The notes under the pieces were generated by a model that made no database searches, was not told the origin of the DNA, and worked only from the letters and a program-made list of their open reading frames with translations. Source: a virus (taxonomy: Duplodnaviria; Caudoviricetes). From it: a DNA stretch of 29,003 nt. Positions 8,429 through 17,036 of the stretch are shown here, in pieces. Location: IMG/VR virus record IMGVR_UViG_3300032225_000841, positions 1 through 29,003 of that record; one strand, written 5' to 3'. The translations under genes and the position numbers were made by a program. Each line of letters begins with the position of its first letter. Positions within the stretch are counted from its first letter, which is position 1.

Positions 8429-8563
8429 ATGTACACACAATTTGAAAAAGCAGTTAAGCAGTACGAAGAGCTTGTAGACCGCGTAAAAGAAGTAAATGAG
8501 TTTTGGCTTCAGTCGACTTTGTCGACAATGAAAGAGTTTTTCAAAATAGCTAAAAACAAATAA
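8429..8563 (+). CDS. 44-aa amphipathic helical protein, putative mini-phasin
   Basis: Not in ORF track; AAAGGAAA RBS, own promoter; MYTQFEKAVKQYEELVDRVKEVNEFWLQSTLSTMKEFFKIAKNK with 3/4 hydrophobic periodicity. CDS is likely; the phasin call is inference. Confidence 0.7.
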   Translation: MYTQFEKAVKQYEELVDRVKEVNEFWLQSTLSTMKEFFKIAKNK

Positions 8564-8572
8564 AATAAATAA

Positions 8573-8660
8573 GGGCAGTTAAGCCGACACAGAAGGATGT
8601 AGCAAGTTAAAATTTTTTCGGCTTTCCTTTTAACGCGCAGTAGCTACCAAATTCTTGCCC
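8573..8660 (+). ncRNA. putative pseudoknotted structured RNA (~88 nt)
   Basis: Nested pairs GGGC/GCCC, AAGGAT/ATTCTT, GTAGC/GCTAC, GTTAAAA/TTTTAAC plus pseudoknot AAGCCGA(8581-87)/TCGGCTT(8618-24). Confidence 0.6.
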
Positions 8661-8667
8661 AACAAAT

Positions 8668-8698
8668 AAAAAACCCCCGGGCGTTTTAAGTCCGGGGG
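8668..8698 (-). terminator. intrinsic terminator of the sRNA
   Basis: CCCCCGG...CCGGGGG stem followed by UUUUUUAUUUG on the minus strand. Confidence 0.75.
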
Positions 8699-8746
8699 CA
8701 AACCTCACACCGATGGCACAACGAAAGGAGAAGTAAAACCACCGGT
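8668..8746 (-). ncRNA. putative anti-Shine-Dalgarno sRNA (~79 nt)
   Basis: Extended -10 TGCTATACT (8761-8753); 5' stem ACCGGUGG/CCAUCGGU with loop UUUUACUUCUCCUUUCGUUGUG; GC hairpin + U6 terminator (8698-8668). Confidence 0.7.
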
Positions 8747-8829
8747 AAAGAAAGTATAGCAAAATAAAAGCAAGTGGTGTACACTACACCCAATCGTGAA
8801 CCCATCCACGCAACCAAAGGGATTAAGAC

Positions 8830-9432
8830 TTGCTACTAGACCATCTAGTTTCAGCAAAAGCAGCAGACTACGCTCCGGAAACACTACCGGACGAGACCCT
8901 TTTCGTCCCCATTAAAGACGCTAGCGTAAAAGAAACTATCGACGCCCAGGTAAATACGGCAGATTGGCTAAAAACCATAACAGATGACGACGACGAGTTG
9001 CTAGATAGAGCGCAAGAACAGCGGGTAGGCGAAGCATTTGGTGCATTAATAACGCAAAGTCCTGATACAAAAGAAAAATTTCTAGAATTAGAACTTCCAG
9101 AAGAGGTAAAAAGCGCTGTGTCTATGGTAACGGCGTATCAATGGAAGTTTGTAGAGCAAGCCCAAGAGTTACGTTCAATGAGCGTGGCCAAAATAGTCAA
9201 AGAAACCGATCACCCCGACGCTCGGATAAGATTAAAAGCATTGGAGTTACTTGGTAAAGTAACCGAAGTAGCGCTATTTACGGATAGAGTTGAAGTAAAG
9301 AAAACAGAACTAAGCGACGAAGACCTAGAAGCGCAAATTAAGAAAAAGTTAGAAAAATACATGGGTGTGGTAGATGTTACAGACGTAACAGACATAGAAG
9401 ATGTAGAAATACCACAAAAAGAAGACAAATGA
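8830..9432 (+). CDS. terS: terminase small subunit (probable)
   Basis: Directly upstream of and ATGA-coupled to terL; C-terminal RLKALELLGK...LFTDRVEV motif typical of TerS; TTG start. Confidence 0.75.
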   Translation: MLLDHLVSAKAADYAPETLPDETLFVPIKDASVKETIDAQVNTADWLKTITDDDDELLDRAQEQRVGEAFGALITQSPDTKEKFLELELPEEVKSAVSMVTAYQWKFVEQAQELRSMSVAKIVKETDHPDARIRLKALELLGKVTEVALFTDRVEVKKTELSDEDLEAQIKKKLEKYMGVVDVTDVTDIEDVEIPQKEDK

Positions 9433-10961
9433 ATCTTGACTTTTTAACCCCGCAAGAAGCTATGGCTGCGCGATTAGCTTTGAAAGACATGACAACAGAA
9501 GAAAAAGTTGCGTTTTTAGAAGAGCTAGAAGAAAAAGAAAGACGGTTTGAATTAAAAAAAGCGCAGACTGATCCAATTTCTTTTGCTAGGGCCGTGTATC
9601 CGGGTTTCAAAGTGGGGCCCCACCACCGCAAACTAGCCAAGATATTTCAAGATGTAGTTGATGGTAAGAAAAAGCGCGTAATTATTAATATTGCACCACG
9701 TATGGGCAAAAGCGAATTCTCAAGCTATTTGTTTCCGGCATACTTTCTAGGTAATTACCCTAATAAAAAAATTATCATGGGAACCCATACGGCAAGCTTG
9801 TCAGAAGATTTTGGACGGCGAGTCCGAAATTTAATTGAGAGCGAAGACTATGAAAAGATTTTCCCAAACACAGTTATATCAGACGATCAAAAAGCCGCAG
9901 GTAAGTGGAGCACTGGTGCTGGCGGGCAGTATTATGCTGCTGGCGTCGGGGGTGCCTTGGCAGGACGAGGCGCTGACTTGTTTGTTATTGACGATCCCCA
10001 TTCTGAACAGGACATGAAGGCAAACAGCCGCTTAGCATTTGACTCGGCGTGGTCTTGGTTTCAAACAGGCCCACTACAACGTCTAATGCCAGGCGGTGCG
10101 ATTATTGTCATTATGACAAGATGGAGCTTGCTTGACCTTACGGGTCGCTTAATTGATTATCAGATTAAAAACCCAAACACAATTCCATGGGAAATAGTAG
10201 AACTGCCAGCAATTGTTAATGCAGACACGGAAGATGAGAAATCGTTGTGGCCTGCGCAGTGGAGTTTAGAAGCACTAAAAAACACCAGAGCGTCTATTGA
10301 CGCACGCTTCTGGAACGCGCAATACATGCAAAACCCAACCGGGGATACTAGTGCCATCATTAAACGCAGCGACTGGCAAATTTGGGAACCTGAAGACCCG
10401 CCTCAAGTAGAATACGTAATTCAGTCTTGGGATACTGCGTTTGAAACAAAAACAACATCTGACTACAGCGCATGCACAACTTGGGGCGTTTGGTATAACG
10501 AAGAAGACGGCAACTCCCCCAATTTAATTCTTCTTGATGCTTTTAAAGACCGGATGACCTTTCCAGAACTAAAAGCTACAGCGCTTAAACACTACGAAGA
10601 ATGGAAGCCAGACGCATTTATAGTGGAGAAAAAGGCCAGTGGAGGTCCACTGATTCAAGAATTAAGGCGTATGGGTATACCCGTAGATGAGTACACACCA
10701 AGCCGCGGTAATGATAAGTTGGCTAGGGTTAACGCGGTATCTGATTTATTTGCCTCAAAAAAAGTCTGGGCTCCAGATAGGCGGTGGGCCAAAGACGTGA
10801 TAGAAGAAATGGCAGCTTTCCCGGTGGGCGAACACGATGACTTTGTGGATACGACAACGCAAGCATTATTAAGATACAGAAATGGTGGGTTTATTAGTTT
10901 AGATACTGACGAGCGTGACGAGCCGTCATACAAATACAGACGAAAGGCAGCGTACTACTGA
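9429..10961 (+). CDS. terL: terminase large subunit
   Basis: Walker A-like APRMGKS, Walker B FVIDDP, coupling motif MTRW, RNase H-like nuclease SWDTA...HDDFVD. Confidence 0.95.
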   Translation: MNLDFLTPQEAMAARLALKDMTTEEKVAFLEELEEKERRFELKKAQTDPISFARAVYPGFKVGPHHRKLAKIFQDVVDGKKKRVIINIAPRMGKSEFSSYLFPAYFLGNYPNKKIIMGTHTASLSEDFGRRVRNLIESEDYEKIFPNTVISDDQKAAGKWSTGAGGQYYAAGVGGALAGRGADLFVIDDPHSEQDMKANSRLAFDSAWSWFQTGPLQRLMPGGAIIVIMTRWSLLDLTGRLIDYQIKNPNTIPWEIVELPAIVNADTEDEKSLWPAQWSLEALKNTRASIDARFWNAQYMQNPTGDTSAIIKRSDWQIWEPEDPPQVEYVIQSWDTAFETKTTSDYSACTTWGVWYNEEDGNSPNLILLDAFKDRMTFPELKATALKHYEEWKPDAFIVEKKASGGPLIQELRRMGIPVDEYTPSRGNDKLARVNAVSDLFASKKVWAPDRRWAKDVIEEMAAFPVGEHDDFVDTTTQALLRYRNGGFISLDTDERDEPSYKYRRKAAYY

Positions 10962-11203
10962 TGTTTAAATATTTGAGAAGATGGTGGAAAGTTAAAAAAA
11001 TGAAACGGGCTATTTGGAGACAGGTAGCGCTAGAGAAAAAACGTAACTTAAAACCTATAGAGCATACACAAGAGGGCGTTAAAGAATGGCTAGAACGCAA
11101 TGAGTTTGGGTTGACGCTTGAGCAGCTTAGCACCCATTGCGTGAGCAAAGTGCCAAAAAACGGAGCTAGAGATTTAAATAGGATGTTAAAAAATGCTAAA
11201 TAA
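10961..11203 (+). CDS. hypothetical basic protein
   Basis: 80 aa, TGATG coupling to terL. Confidence 0.6.
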   Translation: MFKYLRRWWKVKKMKRAIWRQVALEKKRNLKPIEHTQEGVKEWLERNEFGLTLEQLSTHCVSKVPKNGARDLNRMLKNAK

Positions 11204-11744
11204 CTTTTTTTGGGTGTATCCCAGCGCTATCTCTTCTCCCCTATGCGACTATATGGTTAAAACAGCTCCGTGGCACAATCAATATAAAGCCGAACTATCA
11301 AAAGATAATAAGCATTTGTTTGTGGATAGTGAAATTCGCAAGACTGAAGTTACGTTTACATCTGAGTATTCTCCACTTGGCTGTATATTGCAGGCTTATA
11401 CACAACTTGCCAACAAAGAAGCTACTTGGAATTTTGATATTGATGGGTTTGAGAAGATTCAGGTAGGCAAATACGAAGACGGGGGTCATTATGACTGGCA
11501 TATTGACTGTTTTACGCCAGATCAAAACAATAAACAAAGAAAACTGAGCGCTATTGTTTTTCTATCTGACCCAGAAAGCTATGAAGGTGGGGTTTTTGAG
11601 TTTAAAATTGCGCTATTACCGGAAAAAATGCCGAAAGGCACCATTATTGTTTTTCCATCCGTTTTAGAACATCGAGTAACAGCCGTAGAAAACGGCGTAC
11701 GATACACTGCAGCAAGCTGGGCTTTTGGTCCAGCCTTTAGATAG
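11193..11744 (+). CDS. 2OG-Fe(II) oxygenase (PKHD/prolyl-hydroxylase-like)
   Basis: HxD (YDWHID), RKLS, YEGG, distal His (LEHRV) and 2OG-binding Arg (GVRY). Confidence 0.9.
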   Translation: MLNNFFWVYPSAISSPLCDYMVKTAPWHNQYKAELSKDNKHLFVDSEIRKTEVTFTSEYSPLGCILQAYTQLANKEATWNFDIDGFEKIQVGKYEDGGHYDWHIDCFTPDQNNKQRKLSAIVFLSDPESYEGGVFEFKIALLPEKMPKGTIIVFPSVLEHRVTAVENGVRYTAASWAFGPAFR

Positions 11745-11752
11745 GACAAATT

Positions 11753-14233
11753 ATGGCAATAGATAAGGGTTTATACCAAGCACCTAGAGGTTTAGCAGAA
11801 GTAGCGCAAGACCAAGCACCAGATATTGAAATTGAAATTGAAGGTGATGACGCTTTTGAATTAGAAATTCAAGACATGGAAGAGGTCGACGGTAGCGAAG
11901 AGTTTAATAAAAACTTAGCCGAGGAAATGGACGATGGAGACATTCAGTCTTTAGCTTCTGAACTATCTGGTGATGTAGACAATGACATCGCTGCCCGTAA
12001 AGACTGGGAGCAGATGTACAAAGACGGTATTACTTTGCTGGGCCTTAAATTTGAAGAACGCGTAGAACCATGGGACGGCGCTTGCGGTGTATTTCACCCA
12101 ATGATTACTGAAGCAGTTGTTCGTTTTCAAGCAGAAGCAATTATGGAAACGTTCCCAGCACAAGGTCCTGTAAGAACGCAGATTGTTGGTAAAGAAACAC
12201 GCGAAAAAATGGAAGCAGCACAGCGTGTTGAGCAAGACATGAATTACCAGCTAACAGAAAAAATGCCTGAGTTTAGAAATGAACATGAGCGCATGCTTTG
12301 GAACTTACCTTCAGCCGGTTCAGCATTTAAAAAAGTGTACTTTGATCCAAACATCGGTCGTCAAATTTCTATTTTTATTCCTGCAGAAGATATTATCCTG
12401 CCATACGGAGCTAGCGAAATTGCATCGTGCCACCGTGTTACGCATCGTATGCGCAAGACCAAACAAGAATTAATTAAACTACAAAAAGCTGGGTTTTATA
12501 AAGATGTTGAGTTAGGCGAACCACAAAAGTTCCGTACTGAAATTCAAGAAAAGAAAGACAAAGAAACAGGTTTTTCTGCGTCTTACGACGATCGGTTTGA
12601 GTTATATGAAGCGCACGTCGACCTTGATCTACCGGGTTTTGAAGATAAAGACGATAGCGGAGAAATGACAGGTATTGCTCTGCCATACGTCGTAACTATG
12701 GTTAGGGGCACAAATGAAATTCTTGCAATTCGTAGAAACTGGAAAGAAGAAGATCCTCTCCGCCTTAAGCGCCAGCACTTTGTTCATTACCAATATATCC
12801 CCGGATACGGCGCTTATGGCTTTGGTTTGTTTCATCTTATTGGTGGGTTTGCTAAATCCGCAACTTCTATTCTCAGACAATTGGTTGATGCGGGTACTCT
12901 TTCCAATTTACCGGGTGGTTTAAAGTCTAGAGGACTGCGCATTAAAGGTGACGATACACCGATTGCCCCCGGAGAATTCAGAGACGTTGATGTTGGTAGC
13001 GGCACAATCCGTGATAATATTCTTCCACTGCCGTACAAAGAACCGAGCGCAGTATTAGCTGGTTTAATGGACAAGATCATTGAAGAAGGTCGTCGCTTTG
13101 CGGCTACTTCCGATATGCAGATTTCTGATATGAGTGCTAACGCACCTGTTGGAACAACGCTTGCAATTTTGGAAAGAACCTTGAAGGTGATGTCTGCCGT
13201 TCAAGCCCGAGTCCATTACGCCTTAAGACAAGAACTCAAGCTGCTTGCTGGCATTATCAGAGATTACACTGACGATGACTACAACTACGAACCAGAAAGC
13301 GGAGACTTCCAAGTCAAAAAGTCCGACTACAGTCATGTGGACGTGCTACCTGTATCCGATCCTAATGCGGCCACCCTATCTCAGAGAGTGGTCCAGTACC
13401 AGGCAGTTATCCAGCTGGCTCAGAGTGCCCCCCAAATTTATAACTTACCCGAGCTCCACAGGCAAATGCTTGACGTTCTTGGAATTAAAAACGCCGACAA
13501 ACTGGTGCCTTTGGAGGACGACCAAAAGCCACGCGACCCTGTAAGCGAAAATATGAACGCATTAAAGGGCAAACCGCTCAAAGCGTTTATATACCAAGAC
13601 CACGAAGCACACATCAAGGTGCATCAGATGGCTATGCAAGACCCATTAGTCCAGCAAATGATTGGCCAAAACCCACAAGCTCAAGCAATTCAAGGAGCTA
13701 TGATGGCGCATATAGCCGAGCATTTAGGTTTTGGATACCGTCAGAAAATCGAACAAGCCATGGGCGCACCGCTGCCAGCACCAGACGCAGAGATGCCAGA
13801 AGACATGGAGATTCAGATTTCTCAGTTAGTTGCACAGGCTGCCCCACAGGTACTAGCGCAATCACAAGCGGTTGTTGCACAGCAGCAAGCACAACAAAAT
13901 CAACAAGACCCAGTAATGCAAGCCCAGCTTATTGACCAGCAAGTTAAACAAGGTGAGTTGCAACGCAAGGTACAAAAAGACGCAGCCGACGAACAGTTTA
14001 GACAAAAAGAACTTGCCCTTAAAGAGCAGCAGCTTAAGCAAGAAGCGTTAAATAAAACTGCAAACATTATGTTGCAAGCAGAAGACAAACGCGTTGGCAA
14101 ACATAAAGCCACTGCAGACGTAGCTATACAAGCCGCCCAGCTACAGCAGACTGAAAAACAGCATAAAGCAGATACTGCGTTAGACGTATACAAGCATCAC
14201 ACCCAGACACCTAAAGGAGGTAGCACCGAGTGA
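11753..14233 (+). CDS. portal protein (P22-like, long Gln-rich C-terminal barrel)
   Basis: 826 aa after terL; acidic N-terminus, FKKVYFD motif, Gln-rich coiled-coil tail. Confidence 0.88.
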   Translation: MAIDKGLYQAPRGLAEVAQDQAPDIEIEIEGDDAFELEIQDMEEVDGSEEFNKNLAEEMDDGDIQSLASELSGDVDNDIAARKDWEQMYKDGITLLGLKFEERVEPWDGACGVFHPMITEAVVRFQAEAIMETFPAQGPVRTQIVGKETREKMEAAQRVEQDMNYQLTEKMPEFRNEHERMLWNLPSAGSAFKKVYFDPNIGRQISIFIPAEDIILPYGASEIASCHRVTHRMRKTKQELIKLQKAGFYKDVELGEPQKFRTEIQEKKDKETGFSASYDDRFELYEAHVDLDLPGFEDKDDSGEMTGIALPYVVTMVRGTNEILAIRRNWKEEDPLRLKRQHFVHYQYIPGYGAYGFGLFHLIGGFAKSATSILRQLVDAGTLSNLPGGLKSRGLRIKGDDTPIAPGEFRDVDVGSGTIRDNILPLPYKEPSAVLAGLMDKIIEEGRRFAATSDMQISDMSANAPVGTTLAILERTLKVMSAVQARVHYALRQELKLLAGIIRDYTDDDYNYEPESGDFQVKKSDYSHVDVLPVSDPNAATLSQRVVQYQAVIQLAQSAPQIYNLPELHRQMLDVLGIKNADKLVPLEDDQKPRDPVSENMNALKGKPLKAFIYQDHEAHIKVHQMAMQDPLVQQMIGQNPQAQAIQGAMMAHIAEHLGFGYRQKIEQAMGAPLPAPDAEMPEDMEIQISQLVAQAAPQVLAQSQAVVAQQQAQQNQQDPVMQAQLIDQQVKQGELQRKVQKDAADEQFRQKELALKEQQLKQEALNKTANIMLQAEDKRVGKHKATADVAIQAAQLQQTEKQHKADTALDVYKHHTQTPKGGSTE

Positions 14234-14442
14234 TTGACAACCTAACGGCTGATTTCATAGCCGCAATGCGCGACAAACTGCGCACAGATATGAATAACTA
14301 CACTGACGATTTGGCAAACGGGCAGTGCACAACTTTTGAGCAGTACAAAGAGCTCTGCGGCGTGATTCGAGGCCTAGCGTTTGCAGAGCGCCACTTACTT
14401 GACCTCGCTGAGTATTTACAGAAAGAAGACCACGATGAGTGA
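14230..14442 (+). CDS. small conserved head-module protein
   Basis: 70 aa, GTGA overlap, AGGAGG RBS, YKELCGVIRGL motif; between portal and GroES-like gene. Confidence 0.75.
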   Translation: MIDNLTADFIAAMRDKLRTDMNNYTDDLANGQCTTFEQYKELCGVIRGLAFAERHLLDLAEYLQKEDHDE

Positions 14443-14887
14443 AACCATCGCATTACCGTCAGAAGGGTTAATCCTTCCGCCGGGTGTCACAATGCCAGTC
14501 AAACAAGATGCGCCAACTGAAGAAGAGTTAGCAGCCATGGATGACGGTGAAAAAGCCACACAGCTACCAAACCCTACCGGGCACAAAATTCTTTGCGCTT
14601 TAATTGACGCAACGGATAGGTTTGAAAGCGGCATTCTCAAAGCCGATGAAACAAAGATGGTTGAGGAATTAACTTCCCCGGTCTTGTTTGTTATAAAGCT
14701 TGGTGTATCAGCGTATAAAGATAAAGAGCGTTTTCCAGATGGGCCTTGGTGCCAAGAAGGAGACTTTATCCTTACACGCCCATATACCGGCACTCGGATT
14801 AAGATTCACGGAAAAGAGTTCCGCATCATCAACGACGATCAAGTTGACGGTGTAGTTCTTGACCCCCGTGGCATTTCACGCGTTTAA
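14435..14887 (+). CDS. groES: GroES-like co-chaperonin
   Basis: PTGHKIL, ESGIL (mobile loop), VIKLG, EGDFIL, Y-G..I.I.GKEFRIINDDQV match the GroES fold; start moved to ATG 14435. Confidence 0.8.
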   Translation: MSETIALPSEGLILPPGVTMPVKQDAPTEEELAAMDDGEKATQLPNPTGHKILCALIDATDRFESGILKADETKMVEELTSPVLFVIKLGVSAYKDKERFPDGPWCQEGDFILTRPYTGTRIKIHGKEFRIINDDQVDGVVLDPRGISRV

Positions 14888-14900
14888 TTAAGGAGCTACC

Positions 14901-15878
14901 ATGGCTGATAATTTTAAATTTCCGGACGAAGATGAAAAATTCGACGCAGCACCGGAAGACAAAGAAGAGTTACACGTAACAACAGAGGGCGATGACGAAG
15001 CTGAGCTAGTTATTGAAGACGACACACCCGAGCGTGACCGTAAGGCACAACCGCTAAATCGTGAAGTTGAGGACCCTTCGGAAGAAGAAATTGAAGGCTA
15101 TACCAAAGGCGTTCAGAGCAGAATCAAGGAGTTAACCCACGCCCGTCACGATGAGCGCCGTGCAAAAGAAGCCGCACTGCGTGAGCGCGAAGAAGCGTTG
15201 CGTTTAGCACAAGTTGCAATTGAAGAAAACAAAAAGCTGAAACAGTACGTTCAGACTGGCGAGACTTCATATCAGGAAATGCTGCAAAAAGCCGCTGAAA
15301 GCGAAATGGATGTTGCCCGTCGTAAATTAAAAGAAGCGCAAGAATCTTTTGACACCGACGCTATCATTGAGGCAAACGAGGCTTTGACTTCTGCAATGTT
15401 TAAGAGAGAGGCTGCGAAAAATTTTAAGCCAACCCCTTTACAAACAGAGGAAAAAGATGTAACAATACAACCATCGGTACAAGAAGTCCCACGGCCCGAC
15501 GAAAAAACCTTGCGCTGGCAAGCAAAAAACCAGTGGTTCGGTAGCCCGGGATATGAAGAAATGACTGCCTTCGCACTTGGACTGCACCAAAAGCTAGTCG
15601 CCACGGGTATTGACCCGCGTAGTGAAGAATATTTCGAGCGCATTGATGCTCGCTTAAAGACGGTGTTCCCCGATGTATTTGAGGAATCGACACCTAGCCG
15701 TAAACAAACGGAACCTGCTAAAAAACCAGCAACAGTGGTAGCTTCAGCGTCCCGAACTACGGGAGCAAAGAAAACCGTCAAGTTAACAACAACGCAAGCA
15801 GCGTTGGCTGACAAACTTGGTATCCCTCGTGAATTGTATGCTCAGGAATTTTTAAAACAGGAGGCCCGCAATGGCTAA
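14901..15878 (+). CDS. capsid scaffolding protein (probable)
   Basis: Acidic N-terminus, long coiled coil, basic C-terminal helix; upstream of capsid genes; AAGGAG RBS. Confidence 0.7.
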   Translation: MADNFKFPDEDEKFDAAPEDKEELHVTTEGDDEAELVIEDDTPERDRKAQPLNREVEDPSEEEIEGYTKGVQSRIKELTHARHDERRAKEAALREREEALRLAQVAIEENKKLKQYVQTGETSYQEMLQKAAESEMDVARRKLKEAQESFDTDAIIEANEALTSAMFKREAAKNFKPTPLQTEEKDVTIQPSVQEVPRPDEKTLRWQAKNQWFGSPGYEEMTAFALGLHQKLVATGIDPRSEEYFERIDARLKTVFPDVFEESTPSRKQTEPAKKPATVVASASRTTGAKKTVKLTTTQAALADKLGIPRELYAQEFLKQEARNG

Positions 15879-16323
15879 TAGTCGTACACCCCGTGATTTG
15901 GAAACACGTGAAAAAAATCCAGCTCGTGCTGTCTATCAACCAGCTGCAACATTACCAGAACCTGCGCCAGAACCCGGATATAGCTTTAGATGGGTAGCAA
16001 TCGCAATTAACGGTCAGGATAATCCGACTAACGTGTCACAGAAATTCCGTGACGGTTGGGAGCCCGTAAAGGCAGAAGATCATCCAGAGTTAATGATTCC
16101 AGGTAATAAGGATGGTAACGTTGAAATTGGTGGTTTGATGCTTTGCAAAATTCTCACCGAAAGAATGGAAGCACGAAAAGAGTATTACGAGCAGCAATCG
16201 CAAAACCAAATGAATTCGGTGGATAACCATTTCATGCGGAACAATGATGCCCGTATGCCGTTGTTTACAGAGCGTAAAAGCACTGTTAGCCGTGGTAGCG
16301 GGTTTGGAAACGGATCAAAATAA
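15871..16323 (+). CDS. conserved head-module hypothetical protein
   Basis: 150 aa, GYSFRWV...GWEPV...GGLMLCK; GGAGG RBS. Confidence 0.75.
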   Translation: MANSRTPRDLETREKNPARAVYQPAATLPEPAPEPGYSFRWVAIAINGQDNPTNVSQKFRDGWEPVKAEDHPELMIPGNKDGNVEIGGLMLCKILTERMEARKEYYEQQSQNQMNSVDNHFMRNNDARMPLFTERKSTVSRGSGFGNGSK

Positions 16324-16337
16324 TTTAGGAGGCTTTA

Positions 16338-17021
16338 ATGTCTACAGTATTCAGTCCCTATGGACTAAAGCCGATCAGCCTGATCGGTGGTCAGTCTTTT
16401 ACTGGCGGTACAATCCGCGAGTATCAGTTGACCTACAACAATACAGCACCGATTTTTAATGGTGACTTAGTAGCACTCGGCACAACCAGCAATACACCTG
16501 GCCAGCCAACAGTAGTAACCGCAACCCCAACAACTAGCTCTGCTGGTATCGCTGGTGTTTGCGTAGGCGTTCGTTATCAATTAGCAGGTCAACAATTGGG
16601 CTATCCTTTGTTTGCTCAGTATTTGCCAGCTAATGCTATCACTGCCGGCTACACAAACGTGTTTATCCGTGTAATTGAAGACCCAGATCAGTTGTATCAA
16701 GTACAAGCTGCCGGTTCTGTAACTTATACTTCTATCGGTAAAACTGCTGCTTTAGGCAACTTTACTGGTGGTACAAGTTCTACTACAGGTAACACAACTT
16801 CTGGTGATTCAGTAATTAACGTAACTGGTTCTATTACCAGCGGCGTATTGACTGTTGCTAACACCAGCGCGCTTGCTGTTAAGATTGTTGACTTGGTTAA
16901 CTCCAGCTCTACATTCGGCGGCAATTTCCCTTCTAACCCCGGTGATGCGTACACTGATTTGATCGTCAAGTTAAACTTTGGCGTACATCAGTACTACCAA
17001 TCTGCTGGTACAGCTAACTAA
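16338..17021 (+). CDS. capsid decoration/minor capsid protein (probable)
   Basis: 227 aa Thr/Gly-rich beta protein directly before the MCP; AGGAGG RBS. Confidence 0.65.
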   Translation: MSTVFSPYGLKPISLIGGQSFTGGTIREYQLTYNNTAPIFNGDLVALGTTSNTPGQPTVVTATPTTSSAGIAGVCVGVRYQLAGQQLGYPLFAQYLPANAITAGYTNVFIRVIEDPDQLYQVQAAGSVTYTSIGKTAALGNFTGGTSSTTGNTTSGDSVINVTGSITSGVLTVANTSALAVKIVDLVNSSSTFGGNFPSNPGDAYTDLIVKLNFGVHQYYQSAGTAN

Positions 17022-17036
17022 TTAAGGAGCTAACAA

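Noticed and set aside
8573-8660. Known self-cleaving ribozyme (hammerhead, twister, pistol, HDV-like) or SAM riboswitch
   Set aside because: Diagnostic core nucleotides and topology not found on either strand by eye; kept as an orphan RNA
8717-8738. Strong-looking RBS (ACGAAAGGAGAAG) on the plus strand
   Set aside because: No start codon at a usable distance; better explained as the complement of the sRNA loop
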